Below are positions 12,051 through 26,200 of a stretch of DNA of 60,485 nt, piece after piece; position 1 is the first letter of the stretch; each line of letters begins with the position of its first letter. The stretch is from Chiloscyllium plagiosum (Eukaryota), in NCBI RefSeq assembly GCF_004010195.1, contig NC_057719.1, positions 94,593,674 to 94,654,158 on the forward strand. Reading direction: 5' to 3'. A model generated the notes under the pieces. It ran no database searches. It worked only from the letters and a program-made list of their open reading frames with translations, and was not told the origin of the DNA. Both the position numbers and the translations under genes were made by a program.

Positions 12051-14179
12051 TGATTGTGCCCAAGTTTCTACAGTGATATCAAAGGCTGCCCTTGGCTTAC
12101 TGTATCAGGAGCCCTGACTGATAACCGTCTCCCTTGTCTTGGCTGAGATTGTGTTTGGTAGTGACATGCATTCTAGTTTTGTGACAGCCCTTAATGACCA
12201 GGCAAGACATAAATACTGTTAGTTTGGTAGCTTTGGTGGCAAAACATGAAAAGGCAAGGCAAGGCAGACTTGGTGTCAGCATCCAGGGAGGTCCGAGGTA
12301 AGTGAGCCTTAATACAGCAAATGAGCAGCCCTGAGATGTCGCCTGGTCCAATCAGTTGGCTGGCTGCCTGTCTCTGTGCACAAAATGTACTTGCAGTATC
12401 ATTGCATTGTTAGTTTCAGGTGTGCTCTGAAGTGCAACTTTAAAGTGAAGAAAAATCCCATTTACAATGTACTGAACTGTTGCAACTAACCCTATCATAA
12501 TTGATTCACCATAACAAGAAACCATTGCAGATTGTGCATTGACTTCAGAGTGAGAATCTCCAAGGCTGCTTTAGTTTTGTTTTGGGGGCGTCGGGGAGGT
12601 CAGCTTGTATTTTCTTCTTAAAGATATTTTTATCTTATTAAATGATAATGTGGCCCAGAAACCAAAGAGAATCCTTGAAGTTTCATGTTTGTCTCTGAGT
12701 GTAAGACACACTGCATGAAAACATTTCAGGAAATTGTGTCAACACTTACCAGGCAGCTGGGTGGTTATAGCACGTTTCAGGATATCAGCTATGGCATATA
12801 TACATAAAGTGATCAATGTAAAATGTTGACATAGACTACATTGAGACTTTCCAATGCATTATTGAAGCAGTATTATAAAAGACGCTGTAGATTTGAGTTG
12901 TCACATCAAGAGGGACCTGATAAAACTGTTATTGGCATCCAACTTTATAAATATTCTACAAGTAGAAGGCATTGCGAAACTTTCATCAACTGTAGACCAG
13001 GGATCAATGACTTTTGCAACTGCTTTATAAAGTTGTGAGGAATCCATAGATACTTTTATTGAACTATTTGTCTCAGGAACTGTGGCTACCTCGGCACTAT
13101 TCTGTAGGTTCAGTGACTGGGGAGATAACCCATATTTACAATGTCATCCAATTATTTCTTTACATTTAGGAAGATCTTTCAACAGAAGAAAGAGACAAGC
13201 TAGTTTCGTGTCACCTTTCGAAGTAACCTAAAAGGGGCTTCAAGTTTTTCCAATCGTGTGACTAATTTGGGATATAGGTGCTCAAAGACAATGTTTAAGA
13301 GTTGGAAGGAAGTTGAGGGTAAAGCATACCTTCTTACTCACTATGGAAGACTGCTGGATACTGATGATGCACACTTTTTCCACATATGTGTGATCTTTGA
13401 ATATCAGTAAGATATGTGACATCCCTTCAACTGTAATCAAAATGCCTCCAACTACTCAAAGATTAAATTAGGTGGTAATATGATCACCTTAACTCATCAT
13501 AGGGTGTCATCTGAGATAATTGTCACACTGACAACTGGTCTTATTCTCAATTTTTTCACTCAATATACCTGAAGCTTGTTTCTGAAGAAGTTGCTTAACT
13601 TGCTGTCGAGTAAGGGTAAGTCATCACCAACACTGCGAAATGATTGCCAGAAGTCTTACTTCGACTTCCTCGCTGAGGGATTAAACCTGCTTTGAGGGTC
13701 CAGCAATCAGCCTGTTTTTGTGGCTGCTCAATCTGGATTTATTTTCTCGGCTGTTTGTGAACTTTTACTCCTCTCACTGCTTTTTTTCCTGTTCTCACTA
13801 CTGACTGTAAAAAGCTTTAGCAGTTTAACAGTTATCTTTGCAAGAGTATTCTGTTCTCTGTTGCTGTAGTTTATTAGTACATTTGTAAACTATGTTTTTG
13901 GTGACTGTATACTTAAAAGAAAAACACTTCAATGGTGAGTAATAGTCAGTTCAGTTTAAGATAAACAGTTGATTATGGTAGCTGAATAAATTGGTTTAAT
14001 ATATTTTCCATTCTTATTGATATTGTGTTATTAATCACTTCTTACTTTGTAAAGAAATGAAATCAACACTCACCATAGCGCAATTTGCCATTACCAAAAA
14101 CAAACAAATTAAAGGGAATAATGCATTGAAATGTTTCTGATCAGTTGTTTCCAAAAAGTATATTATCTATATTTTTTAG

Positions 14180-14281
14180 GACGGAAAGAAAAAATTTGAT
14201 AAAGAAAGCGAGAAATACTATTCTATATTGGAGAAGCATTTGAGTCTATCATCAAGGAAAAAGGAAGCACATTTACAAGAG
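14180..14281 (+). CDS. ARHGAP42: exon, BAR domain: [34 protein letters not shown]
   Basis: tttttag|GAC ... GAG|gtaaga; 102 nt, phase 0/0. Confidence 0.95.
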
Positions 14282-17200
14282 GTAAGAACATTCTTGCCTT
14301 ATAGAACCGTTTTAAGGAATATTTATTATGGTTTAGAATGCAAATATTTATTAAAAATTTCCTTAACTAATCTCCGGTTGGCTTCTGCTTGTTCCAAAAA
14401 TGACTACTTTCACACATCCCAGTTGTATGATTTCGCACAAATTATAACCTAGAAAATTACATTATCCCAAAGAAAGTTTGGCCCCAATTTAAAACCCTAT
14501 AAGTAATGGATTTTGAATGATATTGATTTTTATTATTTAAAAGGATATACTAGTTTGATTGTTGACTTGTTCAGTCTTTCCTGGGTCTACATTCAAGTAA
14601 TAAGGTGAAAGAGTAAGCATCATGTTAGAATTCTGCATTGGTACCATTCAGAAATAGTCAGCCCTTGCTGAAAGATTGGATGTGAAGCCTTCCATTTCTG
14701 TATCACAGGTTTAAAAAGAGCTTCTAATTAAATCAGTAAAATCTTCCTGCCCCAACAATTGTAGGAGGGAAAATAGAAGGAGCTTAGTGGAAGCAAGTGT
14801 TCTCGGCTGCCTCCTTTGATGTCTCAGAATATAAATATGGTGGTTAGGAGCCTCCTTAAATGGGACATGTTAAGCAACCTAACACTAGGAAACTATTAGA
14901 CCATAAGACATAGGAGCGGAAGTAAGGCCATTCGGCCCATCGAGTCCACTCCACCATTCAATCATGGCTGATGGGCATTTCAACTCCACTTACCAGCATT
15001 CTCCCCGTAGCCCTTAATTCCTTGTGACATCAAGAATTTATCAATTTCTGCCTGGAAGACATTTAGCGTCCCAGCCTCCACTGCACTCCGCGGCAATGAA
15101 TTGATCTGTCATTCCAGGGATCATCCGTGTGAATCTCCGCTGGACACGTTCCAGTGCCAGTATGTCCTTCCTGAGGTGTGGGGACCAAAACTGGACACAG
15201 TACTCCAAATGAGGCCTAACCAGAGCTTTATAAAGTCTCAGTAGCACAGCGGTGCTTTTATATTCCAACCCTCTTGAGATAATTGACAACATTGCATTCG
15301 CTTTCTTAATCACGGACTCAACCTGTATGTTTACCTTTAGAGAATCCTATTGCTTAATATCAAGTAATATGAATTGCAAACGTGAATCTGGAACTATATT
15401 TGAGTATGCCAATATTCAATGTAATTAAATTCTTTGAAGTTTTAAATTAAATCAAATTGGCATTCCAAACAAAATGTAAATTCCTTCTATTACAGGCTGA
15501 TACACAAATTGACAAGGAACGGCAGAATTTTTATGAAGCTTCATTGGAATATGTGTTCAAAGTTCAAGAAGTTCAGGAAAAGAAGAAATTTGAGTTTGTT
15601 GAACCTGTAAGTAATGGAATTATAGAATTATAGAATGGTTACAGCCTAGAAGGTTATCATCAAGGACAAACGTGTCTGTGCTGGCCCTCCAAAGGGATCA
15701 TTCACCTTGTGCTACTCCCCTGATAATTCCCAATATCTTTGGGACATTTTTCTTTTTATGTAATAATCTGATTTATTTTTGAAAGCTTCAAATGATCCTG
15801 AAATTGCACACTCCCAGACAGTACATTCCAGATCCTAGTCATTTGCAAGAGAGAAGGTTTTTTCTCATGGTATCACTGCTTCATTTTCCGATTACCTTGC
15901 TGATAACTGTGGACTATAGAGTCATACAGCATATGAACAGCCCCTTTGTCCCACTGCGTCTATGCTAACTAACAAACAACAAACTACACTAATTCCGTTT
16001 ACCTACACTTTGTCCAAAGCCTACAATGCCTTGGCATTTTCCGTGCTCATTCAGATGCTTCTTAAATATTGCGACAGTACCTGCATTCACCATGTTCCAT
16101 ATTTCTACCACCCTCTGGGTGAAATAATTTCCTCTGACCCCTCTGAACCATCCACCCTTCACTTTAAACGTATGCCCTCTGGTCTTAGTCACATCTGCCA
16201 CGGCGAGAGCTATTCCACAAACCTACCATCTAGAAGCACAAGAGCAGCAAACATGCAGGAACACCATGATCTACAAGTTCCCCATCCAATCTACTCATAA
16301 TCCTGACTTGGAAATATATTGCCATTCCTTCAGTGTTATTAGGCCAAAAAACTGGAATTCCCTCCCTAATGGTTTTGTGAGTTTATCTAGAACATTTGGA
16401 CTACAGTGGTACAAGAAGGTGGGTCACTACCATCTACTCTGAGATGTGGAAGGCTTTCAAACATAGGTTGAAGATAGTGCAGGATAGGCATGTCCGTTGA
16501 AGGCAAAGGATAGGAAGGGCAAGACTCGTGAACGGTGGATGACAGGAGAAATTGTACGACTAACCAAGAGGAAAAGGGAAGCGTACATAAGGTCTAGGCA
16601 GCTAAGAACAAATGGGCCCTGGAGGAATATTGGAAGAGTAGGACAGGTCTTAAACAAGGAATCAAGCGGGCTAAAAGGGGTCATGAAATATCTTTAGCGC
16701 GCAGAATTAAGGAAAATCCCAAAGCATTTTATTCTTATGTAAGAATTAAGCGGGTAACTAGAGAAAGGATTGGTCCACTAAAGGATAACGAAGGAAGGCT
16801 GTGTGTTGAACCTGAGAGAATGGGTGAGATTCTGAATAATTAGTTTGCATCAGTGTTCACTGAGGAGAGGAACATAATGAATGTTGAGATTAGAGATTGA
16901 AGTTTGATTAGTCTGGATCACATTGACATAAGTGGGGAAGATGTGTTGGGTAGGCTAGAGATTATTAAGGTGGACAAATCCCAGGACCGGATGAGATCTA
17001 TCCCAGGTTGCTGAGGGAGGCGAGAGAGGAAATAGCTGGGCCCTGACAGATATCTTTGTGGCATCCATAAATACAGGTGAGGTGCCGGAGGACTGGAGGG
17101 TTGCTCATGTCGTCCCCCTGTACAAGAAGGGTAGTAGGGATATTTCGGGTAACTACAGACCAGTGAGCTTGACGTCAGTGGTGGCAAGTTGCTGGAGAAG

Positions 17201-20200
17201 GTACTGAGGGATAGGATCTATTTATATTTAGAAAATAATGAGCTTATCAGTGATAGGCAACATGATTTTGTGTGGGGGAGATTATGCCTTACCAACCTAA
17301 TAGAGTTCTTCCAGGAAGTGACCAAGTTGTTAGATGAAGGAAGAGCTGTCGCTATCATATACATGGACTTTAGAAAGGCATTTGATAAGGTTCCCCATGG
17401 TCGACTAATGGAGAAAGTGAAGTCACATGGTGTGCAGGGTGTTCTAGCTAGGTGGATAAAGAACTGGTTGAGCAACAGGAGACAGAGTGTAGTAGTTGAA
17501 GGGAGTTTATCGAAATGGAGAAAGGTGACTAGTGGTGTTCCACAGGGGTCAGTGTTGGGGCCACTGTTGTTTGTAATAAACATAAATGATCTGGAAGAGG
17601 GCACTGTTGGAATGATCAGCAAGTTTGCAGATGACACAAAGATTGGTGGAGTAGCAGAAAGCATAAGGGACTGTCAGAGAATACAGGAGGATATGGATAG
17701 ACTGGAGAGTTGGGTGGAAAAGTGGCAGATGGTTTTCAATCCAGACAAATGTGAGGTGATGCATTTAGGCAAGACTAATTCTAGAGCAAATTATACAATG
17801 ACTGGAAGAGCCTTGGGAAAAGTTGATGGGCAGAGAGATCTGGGAGTGCAGGTCCACTGTACCCTGAATGTTTCTGCACAGGTGGATAGAATGGTCAAAA
17901 AGGCATATAGTATGCTTGCTTTCATTGGATGGGGTATTGAGTATAAGAGCTGGCAAGTCATGTTAAAATTGTACAAGACATTGGTTCGGCTGCATTTAGA
18001 ATACTGTGTACAGTTCTGGTCACCACATTACCAAAAGGATGTGGACGCTTTGGAGAGGGTGCAGAGAACGTTTACGAGGATGTTGCCTGGTATGGAAGGT
18101 GCTAGCTATGAAGAGAGGTTGAGGGGGGACCTGATTGAGGTTTACAAAATCATGAAGGGTATAGATAGGGTGGAAAGAGACAAGCTTTTTCCCAGGGTAA
18201 AGGATTTAATAACGAGAGGTCATACTTTCAAGGTGAAAGGTGGAAAGTTTAAGGGGAATACACGTGGCAAGTACTTCACACAGAGGGTGGTGGGCGTTTG
18301 GAACGCGTTGCCAGCAGAGGTGGTAGAGGCAGGCACGTAGATTCATTCAGGTTTAGACAGTACATTTGGATCGGCTCAGGCTTGGAGGGCCGAAGGGCCT
18401 GTTCCTGGGCTCTAAATTTTCTTTGTCCTTTGTTCTCTTTGCTTTTCCCTAGTTGCCCTTGAATAAGAACAATGGGCCTGCAATGCGCACTTCCATGAGT
18501 GAATTAAGAAAATACTACTCCCTGTATCCTTCCCCTCTGGCTCCTCATACTTCCTTAACTGTGGTCCTTCCTATCTCCATGATACCTTGTTGCAATCTTT
18601 CCACTCCCATGGCATCTCATACCTACTTTGCTTAACAATTGAATAGTTCCAATGCAAACTCAGTGTGAACCCAAGTAACTTGTGTCCTCTCCTTTTGTCC
18701 TTCTCGCTCTCTGCCAACTCACCCATATCCGCATTGACATATCTTTGGAAGCATACTGACAGAAAATGAAGTTGTGTGTATATTGATGATGTCATATTGA
18801 AAGAAACACTCTTATTGATACAATAATAATCAATAAGTTGAAATTCCTTCAACTAATTCCTTATGAAAGCAAAGGGTCTGTCCCCGTGCTGTACATCTCT
18901 TTGATTTTGACTCTATGACTTAAATAAGCAGTTGGAGCTGTCAATCAGAATGCTCACTAGTTAGATTCCCCATTGTGAAAATTACGGTTTGAGATAGCTG
19001 CCATGCATAAATCTTACAATGGCTGCTGTCAAGAGAAACACTAAAACCCTTAACACTTTTTGTTTAATCCAACGCATTTATTTTTGGACAGTTCCTTAAT
19101 AGCTTTGGCAGTCCCATTATCATCCCAATCATCAGCAAAGTGATAGAAGTCATTGGCTGTATGATCAAGTGGGACTTACTTAACAATAACTTAGTCACTG
19201 ATGGTCAGTTTGGTTTTCCCGAAACGTCGAATCTCCTGTTCCCTGGATGCTGCCTGACCTGCTGTGCTGTTCCAGCAATAAAGTTTCAACTCATCCAGTT
19301 CCTGACCTCTACCAACTTGAGGAAAGCAAAATGGATTTTGAGATATAGAGTATTAGAGTACAGATCGCATGGCTGTTAATGGATCTATTCAAGGCATACT
19401 TACAGTCACACCTGTAATACTGCATACAATTCTACTCATTGCACCACAAAAATAAACTTGTAGCGTTTGTGACAAACTGATTATCTAACTAAAGATAACT
19501 GAATTATGAGGAGAGGTTGAAGAGGCATGGATCATTGACTGTGGAGAAATTAAGATCATGGGAGTTTTTTAAAGCTATTTAAAGGAATAGAAAAATTGTT
19601 TGACATTACTACCATCCCTATAACTGGAACCTGTTGAGACAGTCAGATGTAGCAACTTCATAATGTGGGTGGTAAATGTTTTCAATGGAAAAAGTTTGAG
19701 AGTTTTCTGAGTCCATGCCAATATCAATTCCTCAAGTAACATCACCAAAACTGTACTTCATTACTTATTTCATTGCTGTTGGTAGGACCTTGCTGTGTGC
19801 AGATTGGCTACAAGGTTTGCCTACATTAAAATAATAATTACATTTCAAAAATACTCATTGGCTGTGAAAATCCTTAATACAGCATATGCTTAGGTCATGA
19901 GTGGTGCAAGATGAAAGCTAATGCTTTCAATATGGACCCAATAGAGTTTTGAAATGAAGTGTAATAATTCTAAATTAATATTTTCATTCATGACTGACTG
20001 GCTTGATTTCAATAGCACAGATTATATAATATTCCATAATTATTAAAACTAATTTCATTGTTTGTGTTTGAAGCGGAATAACTCTCATCTTCCAAATGTT
20101 GTTTAATTTGATCTCATCCATAATATGTTATATTTAAGCAGTACTCTTTAGAAATAACATTTGAAGTAATTGACTCACATTGACAAATTGGATATTCTGC

Positions 20201-23200
20201 TTAATTTCCTGTGAAAATGCGAGGATAATTATCTAGTAATTCTTATAATGGTGTCTCTCATTCTCTCTGACCCACATATAAAGACAAGATAGGATAAGCA
20301 TCACTTCAGATATAAATCTCCCGCAGAAGTGGTGAAGCAGGCTTGGGAAGATCTTGTAAGGTATAATTTCCAAACTGCGCTATCATTTTATTAATTGCTT
20401 CTTCTGTGAAAATCTGCTTATATTTCCACAGTTGTTGGCATTTCTTCAAGGGTTATTCACATTCTATCATGAAGGCTATGAGCTTGCACAGGAATTTGCT
20501 CCATACAAACAGCAGCTCCAGTACAATCTGCAAAACGTAAGACATCCTCTATTACAATACCACAGTGGAAGGTTTAGATCAGTAGTGCAGGATTCTATGA
20601 TGATTTAAAAGGAGGTAGATTAGGGAAGAGTGATTAATGATGCTAAGTTTGGTTTTAAAGTTTTGAAGTTTTGAACAGAATGAATAACTTAGAAGATGAG
20701 AAACTTGGGAGTATTTAGCTCCTGGAAAATGATGAAAATGTCCAACAAAATGTGTATTGGCTTAATTTTGAGGTAGATGTAGTGTTTTCCAAAATGACCT
20801 CTGCTGGCATCACCTCTACCAATGTGTGGTACTAGATAAAGGTTTTCAAAGTGGTGCCCAGCTACCATTCCTCCTTTGTCTTTCCTTTGCCTTAGGCCTA
20901 CCTAGTGATTAGTGGTAGACAATGCACTACTGTGAAATATGGAAAAGAAACCATTATTAGATAACTTCGAGATTTATTGCCCAAAAGCAATAAATGAGTT
21001 ACAGTTAGTCAGCCAAAATTACAAAGAACTTAGCATGTCAATACAGATTCATTTGCTATCTTCCAAAAGCTAAACTGTATGACATCAGTAGAATGGGTGG
21101 AGCTAATGTAACAAGAACATTAACTCTTTTAGAACCATGATCTTATACAATAATAAAGATGTGCAGAGGCTTAAGAATGTGAAGAGTTATGCATTTGGAA
21201 CGTAGAAGGAATAAGCGAGGAATGTTTACTAGAGTGTTAAACATGGCATTATCAATTAAATAGAAAAAGTTAAGAAAGTTGGTGATGGAGAATAAAACAT
21301 TTGAGACTGAAATTGTGATTTGCTACTTAGTGAACTGGATTAAAATTTAATTGAACAGCATATTTAGTCTTATATCCCTCATCTAAGTAAGTATTCCAAA
21401 TTAGATAGTCTTCCATATGCCTTTTCTGTACTCCCAGGAAGTCCTCCCGCAGTGAAGCACTGTGGCTTAATGAGCTTTCAGCAGCGGGAACTGCAAATGG
21501 CCTTGACTGATAACCTGGAGCAGGTCGGAGCTTGAAGGCTCACTTCAAACTGCACTATTCTGACATGGGAAATTTATAACTGCCAAATTCTGTTCTTTTT
21601 ATCGTTGCTCTGATGAAGAGTCACCTAGACTGAAAATGATAGCTTGCTCTCTCTCCATGGATAATGCCTGACCTGCTGTGATTTCCAGCATTTTTTGTTT
21701 CCGGTACTTAGACTGAAATGATTTGACTTAATTTTTCTCATTAATTAAGTCTGTAATTAGTCTGACATTTCAGAACACGAACTTCAAACTGTCTAGAACA
21801 TTTAAATTAGAGTCTAGATGGTGAGATGATTTTTTTTGCTGAGTTTTTGCAAGAGCAGTGAATACTTGTGTTTAACTGCATATGTGTACTTCCAGATGTT
21901 AATGATAGTTTTCAGATTGAGAGCACTGTTACATCCACTGTTATTAAATAATTCTAACATGCATTTGACTGCTGAGCAATAAAATATATTATTATGGTTT
22001 TATTTTATTCAAGACCAGAAATAATTTTGAAAGTACCAGACAGGAAGTGGAAAGATTGATGCAGAGAATGAAGTCAGCCCCTCAGGATTACAAACCACCT
22101 GGTCAATGGACAATGGAGGGATATCTTTATGTGCAGGAAAAACGTAAGTGTACAAAAGATGTTTTTGTTGTTTGTTTTCTTATCATTTACTGTTCTAAAA
22201 TAAAGTTGTGAACTTTCTGCAGCCACATAAAACTCTTAAATTACATTCCTTTATGCTATCAAAAAATAAACTATGTTAGTCTTACAGCTATTGGTGTTCT
22301 GATGGCACACTACTCGGTCACCCTTAACCTTTCCAATTAGCAGTGATGTACAAAGGCCCAGAATTTTAATTGGTTGTTTGTATGCTGTCTATGTGAGAAG
22401 AATGAAATTGCTGTAGAGTACAGACATTTATAGCTCTTATTCTAAACATGACATCAATTGTAGCATTGAAGACATCAATTAATTTAATCTTACTTCTGGA
22501 ATCCAAATAGAACAAAATTTAATTGTTCATTCCTTAATCATCTTAAGTTTTGTACGTTTTGAATTTCTAGAAGAGGTGTTCTTTATCAGTTGTGAATCGT
22601 TGTTCCAATTGTATAAGCAACTTGCATATTTAATCCTAATTGTTTCTTTGTAAGAAAAGTCTCCCTTTGTTCAGTTTGGTCTTCAAACAACAGCTACATT
22701 TAAAAATGATTTGAATACTGTCTTTGTTCCATTGTGTGCAAATTGTTCATTAATAGTTCATTCTTTTGTTTAGGACCCCTTGGATTTGCATGGATAAAAC
22801 ACTACTGTACCTATGACAAAGCAACAAAAGCATTTTCAATGACCTTATGTGAACCTAAGTCAGGAGGAAAATTGGTAAATTCAAATATTTTCTGATATAA
22901 ATGATCAATAATTTCACTTTTCTCCCACTGCCATGTTTGCATTTTCTAACCAGGTCTCTGGATGCAACCGCAGAAAGGATCATTTTGAAAGGCACAATTT
23001 GCATCTTATGAAACTGTGGCCATTTTAACTTATCCCTCCTTCTCATATCTGACCTATCTGTTATCTTTGTGAATGACTCCACTGTTTTGTCCAATGTCCA
23101 ATTTGGTGTAAATACATTTCTCCTCCTATCTATCTTTTCTTCATTTCTGCACCAATTCATCCAATATTTTTCAAAGTTATGCTATTGGCCTCTTCCAGTC

Positions 23201-26200
23201 TCTCCTTTTCAAGTTGCCTTTTGCGACATTATCTTAAAATACAGCATTACATTTAAGTTTTGTGCTGACAAAACTTTACTTTATTTCATCATTACTTTTC
23301 CTAGCTTCTGATTTATCACATTCAATATTTGATTAACACAAATTTTGTCAATTAAATATTTGGAAAACCAAAGCCAGTATATTTGATCCTCAGCACAAAC
23401 TCCATTCTGTAGCCACCAAATCCATCCATTTCACTGGCTATGGTCTTAACTCTCAGCCAGATTGTTTGCAACATTGGCAGTTTAATTGATTCTGAATTGA
23501 GCTTTAGGTCTATTCATGTTCAATCACCACAAGCAGCTACTTTGCTGCTCCTGACTCTTTCATTTGCTGCTGAAACTCTCCTTTATTATCTATAGGCCTG
23601 ATTATTGTAAAAGTTTCCTGACTAGCCTCCCACTAACCCAAAGCCCTTCAGAATCACTGTCCCTTCCCAATTCAGAAGTCTTGCATATCTTTAAGTTTCA
23701 TTATCCCAGATTGCTGGCCGTCCCTTCATGCTATCTAGTCCCATAGCTTTGGAATTCCCTCCCGAAATCTACTCTCTACTTTAACTTGCTCCTTTTAAAA
23801 CCTACCTTTTTGACCAAACATTTGGTCACCTGTCCAAATATATTTTTATGCAACTTAACATCAAATATTTTTTGTTAGCATGTTTATGGAATTCCTGCAG
23901 ATATTTCACAAGATTAAAGATGCTATACAAATATAAGTTGCACTAACTTAGATACGGGAAGGAACTTTTGAGCTGCTGTAATGTTCTATTTCACAAACAA
24001 TAAATAGTTGGTATTATAAATTTATGCAGTAAACCTTTCAACAGAAATAGAATTGTAGCATTAGCTGTACCTTGGAAGGACGATAACAATATAATATTTT
24101 TCAAGAGAAATATTGATTCATTTCATTTAATCCGTACGAGAATTGCTTGTTTGAAATTGTGCCTCATTCAACATGAAAATGTCTGATTTGTTATTTTGGA
24201 ATTAAATAGAATGGCCTTGTAACAGCTTCAGAAATATTCAAACTGAAGTTTTGCATTCGAAGAAAGACGGACTCAATTGATAAACGCTTCTGTTTTGATA
24301 TTGAAGTGGTGGAAAGGTAAGATACATTGTTACGAATTTGATTGATTCCTTAAGGTCAGTCAGTGTAAATTATAGATTGGAACGAAGTCTTTCAGCTTGA
24401 ACAGTCCATGTTGATGTTTGTCCTGAATCAGCAGTATTTCTTATTATATATTCTGCCCTCTTCCTACAACACTTCAATGGAACTTTATTTTAACCATTTA
24501 TCAAGGCTATTTTTAAATGTTCAAATTGTGTGTCAATTAAATCAAGTATTTCTTGAGGAATGTTGAAGGGACAATGATCATAATATCATAAGGTTTAAAT
24601 TAATTATGGAAAAGAACAAAAAGCAAGCCAGAATGAAAATAATTAATTACAGGAGAACAATTTGAATGAGTTGAGAATAAATCTGGTACAATTAATTTGG
24701 AATCTAAGATTATGGGTCCAACTGTAATTGAACAATCGTCTGTCTTTAAAGCCAACATATGTCAAGTGCATCCGGTGAGTTTGAAAGTCAGGCAAACTAA
24801 GTCGGAGATTTCTGGATAATTAGAGAGCGATACACACAAAGATAGATAGACATTCGTCAAAATAAAGTAGGAAAGAAGTGTAACTAACAGATGACCAGTT
24901 GATATTGCAAGAAAGAGATTCGTTTGAAGGGTAGTGTTAAAGAAATAAGAGAAACAAAATACAGCATAAAAAGAGATTAGCAGCAACCCTCCAACCACAA
25001 GGGATGAACTCGGATTTCACCAGTTTCCTCATTTCCCCTCCCCCCACCTTGTCTCAGTCAAATCCATCGAACTCAGCACCGCCTTCCTAACCTGCAATCT
25101 TCTTCCTGACCTCTCCGCCCCCACTCCAGTCTGACCTATCACCCTCACCTTGACCTCTTTCCACCTATCGCATTTCCGACGGCCCTCCCCCAAGTCCCTC
25201 CTCCCTACCTTTTATCTTAGCCTGCTGGACACTCTTTCCTCATTCCTGAAGAAGGGCTTATGCCCGAAACGTCGATTCTCCTGTTCCCTGGATGCTGCCT
25301 GACCTGCTACGCTTTTCCAGCAACACATTTTCTGCTTTGCATCTATCTCTACTGAGGATGAGAATACTTCTGAGATCATAGTAAAAGAGGATGTAGTTAA
25401 GACACTGGACCGACTAGAAATTGATGGGTACGAGAAAGCTGGTAAGTCACCATAACCTGTCAAAATGTATCCTAAGATATTGAGGGAATAAAGAATGGAA
25501 ATTGCAGAAGTTCAACCATAATTTTGCAATACTCTTTCTGTAGTGAGATAGTGACAGAAGCTGGAGAATAGCAGTTGTTGCTCCCTTCTTCAAAAATGGT
25601 TTGCAGGGAAAAGCACAGCAGCTGCAAGCCAGTCAGTTTAATCTCAATAGCAGAAAGGCATTTAAAAACAATAATTTCAGATAAAAATTAACAGTCACTT
25701 AGATACATGTGGATTAGTTAAGAACAAATTAAGTTTAACTTGATTTAATATTCACTTAAAGTGCGTCTGAACAGAAACACGAGTAGGTGGGGAGCAGATG
25801 CTTAGGAATTGGGCAATAGGTTCACACAATGGATTTGGATCGGCTCCGGCTTGGACGACAGAAGGGCCTGTTCCTGGGCTATAAATTTTCTTTGTTTTTG
25901 TTTTTCAACTGATTTGGCTGTTTCCATGAGGTAACAGAAATGGTTTCTGAAGTAATGTGGTTGATGTGGTGTTTTTCAAAGGTATTTCATAGAGTGACAG
26001 CACATGACAGGCTTGTCAGCAAAGTTAAGGCCTATAGAGTTTTAGGTCAGTTAGCTGCATTGGTGCAAAGTTGGCTGAGTAACAGGGAAGACAGCAGATA
26101 ACAGTGAGTATTTATTTTGTCTTTGACTGGAGGAAGGTGCATGATAGGGTTCCCCTGAAATGGGTATTGGGACCGCTGCTTTTGTTAATTGAAATTCATG

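Noticed and set aside
13170..13222. Exon-like segment tttag|GAAGATCTTTCA...GAA|gtaacc
   Set aside because: Peptide EDLSTEERDKLVSCHLS has no resemblance to the GRAF family, the donor is weak and the phase does not fit.
1..14179. Upstream ARHGAP42 exons (expected IQNA...PLEKFRKEQ type peptide)
   Set aside because: I found no matching peptide by eye; the region appears to be one long intron.
17218..17976. Minus-strand ORFs here and plus-strand ORFs at 35702-37164
   Set aside because: Antisense shadows of CR1 ORF2.
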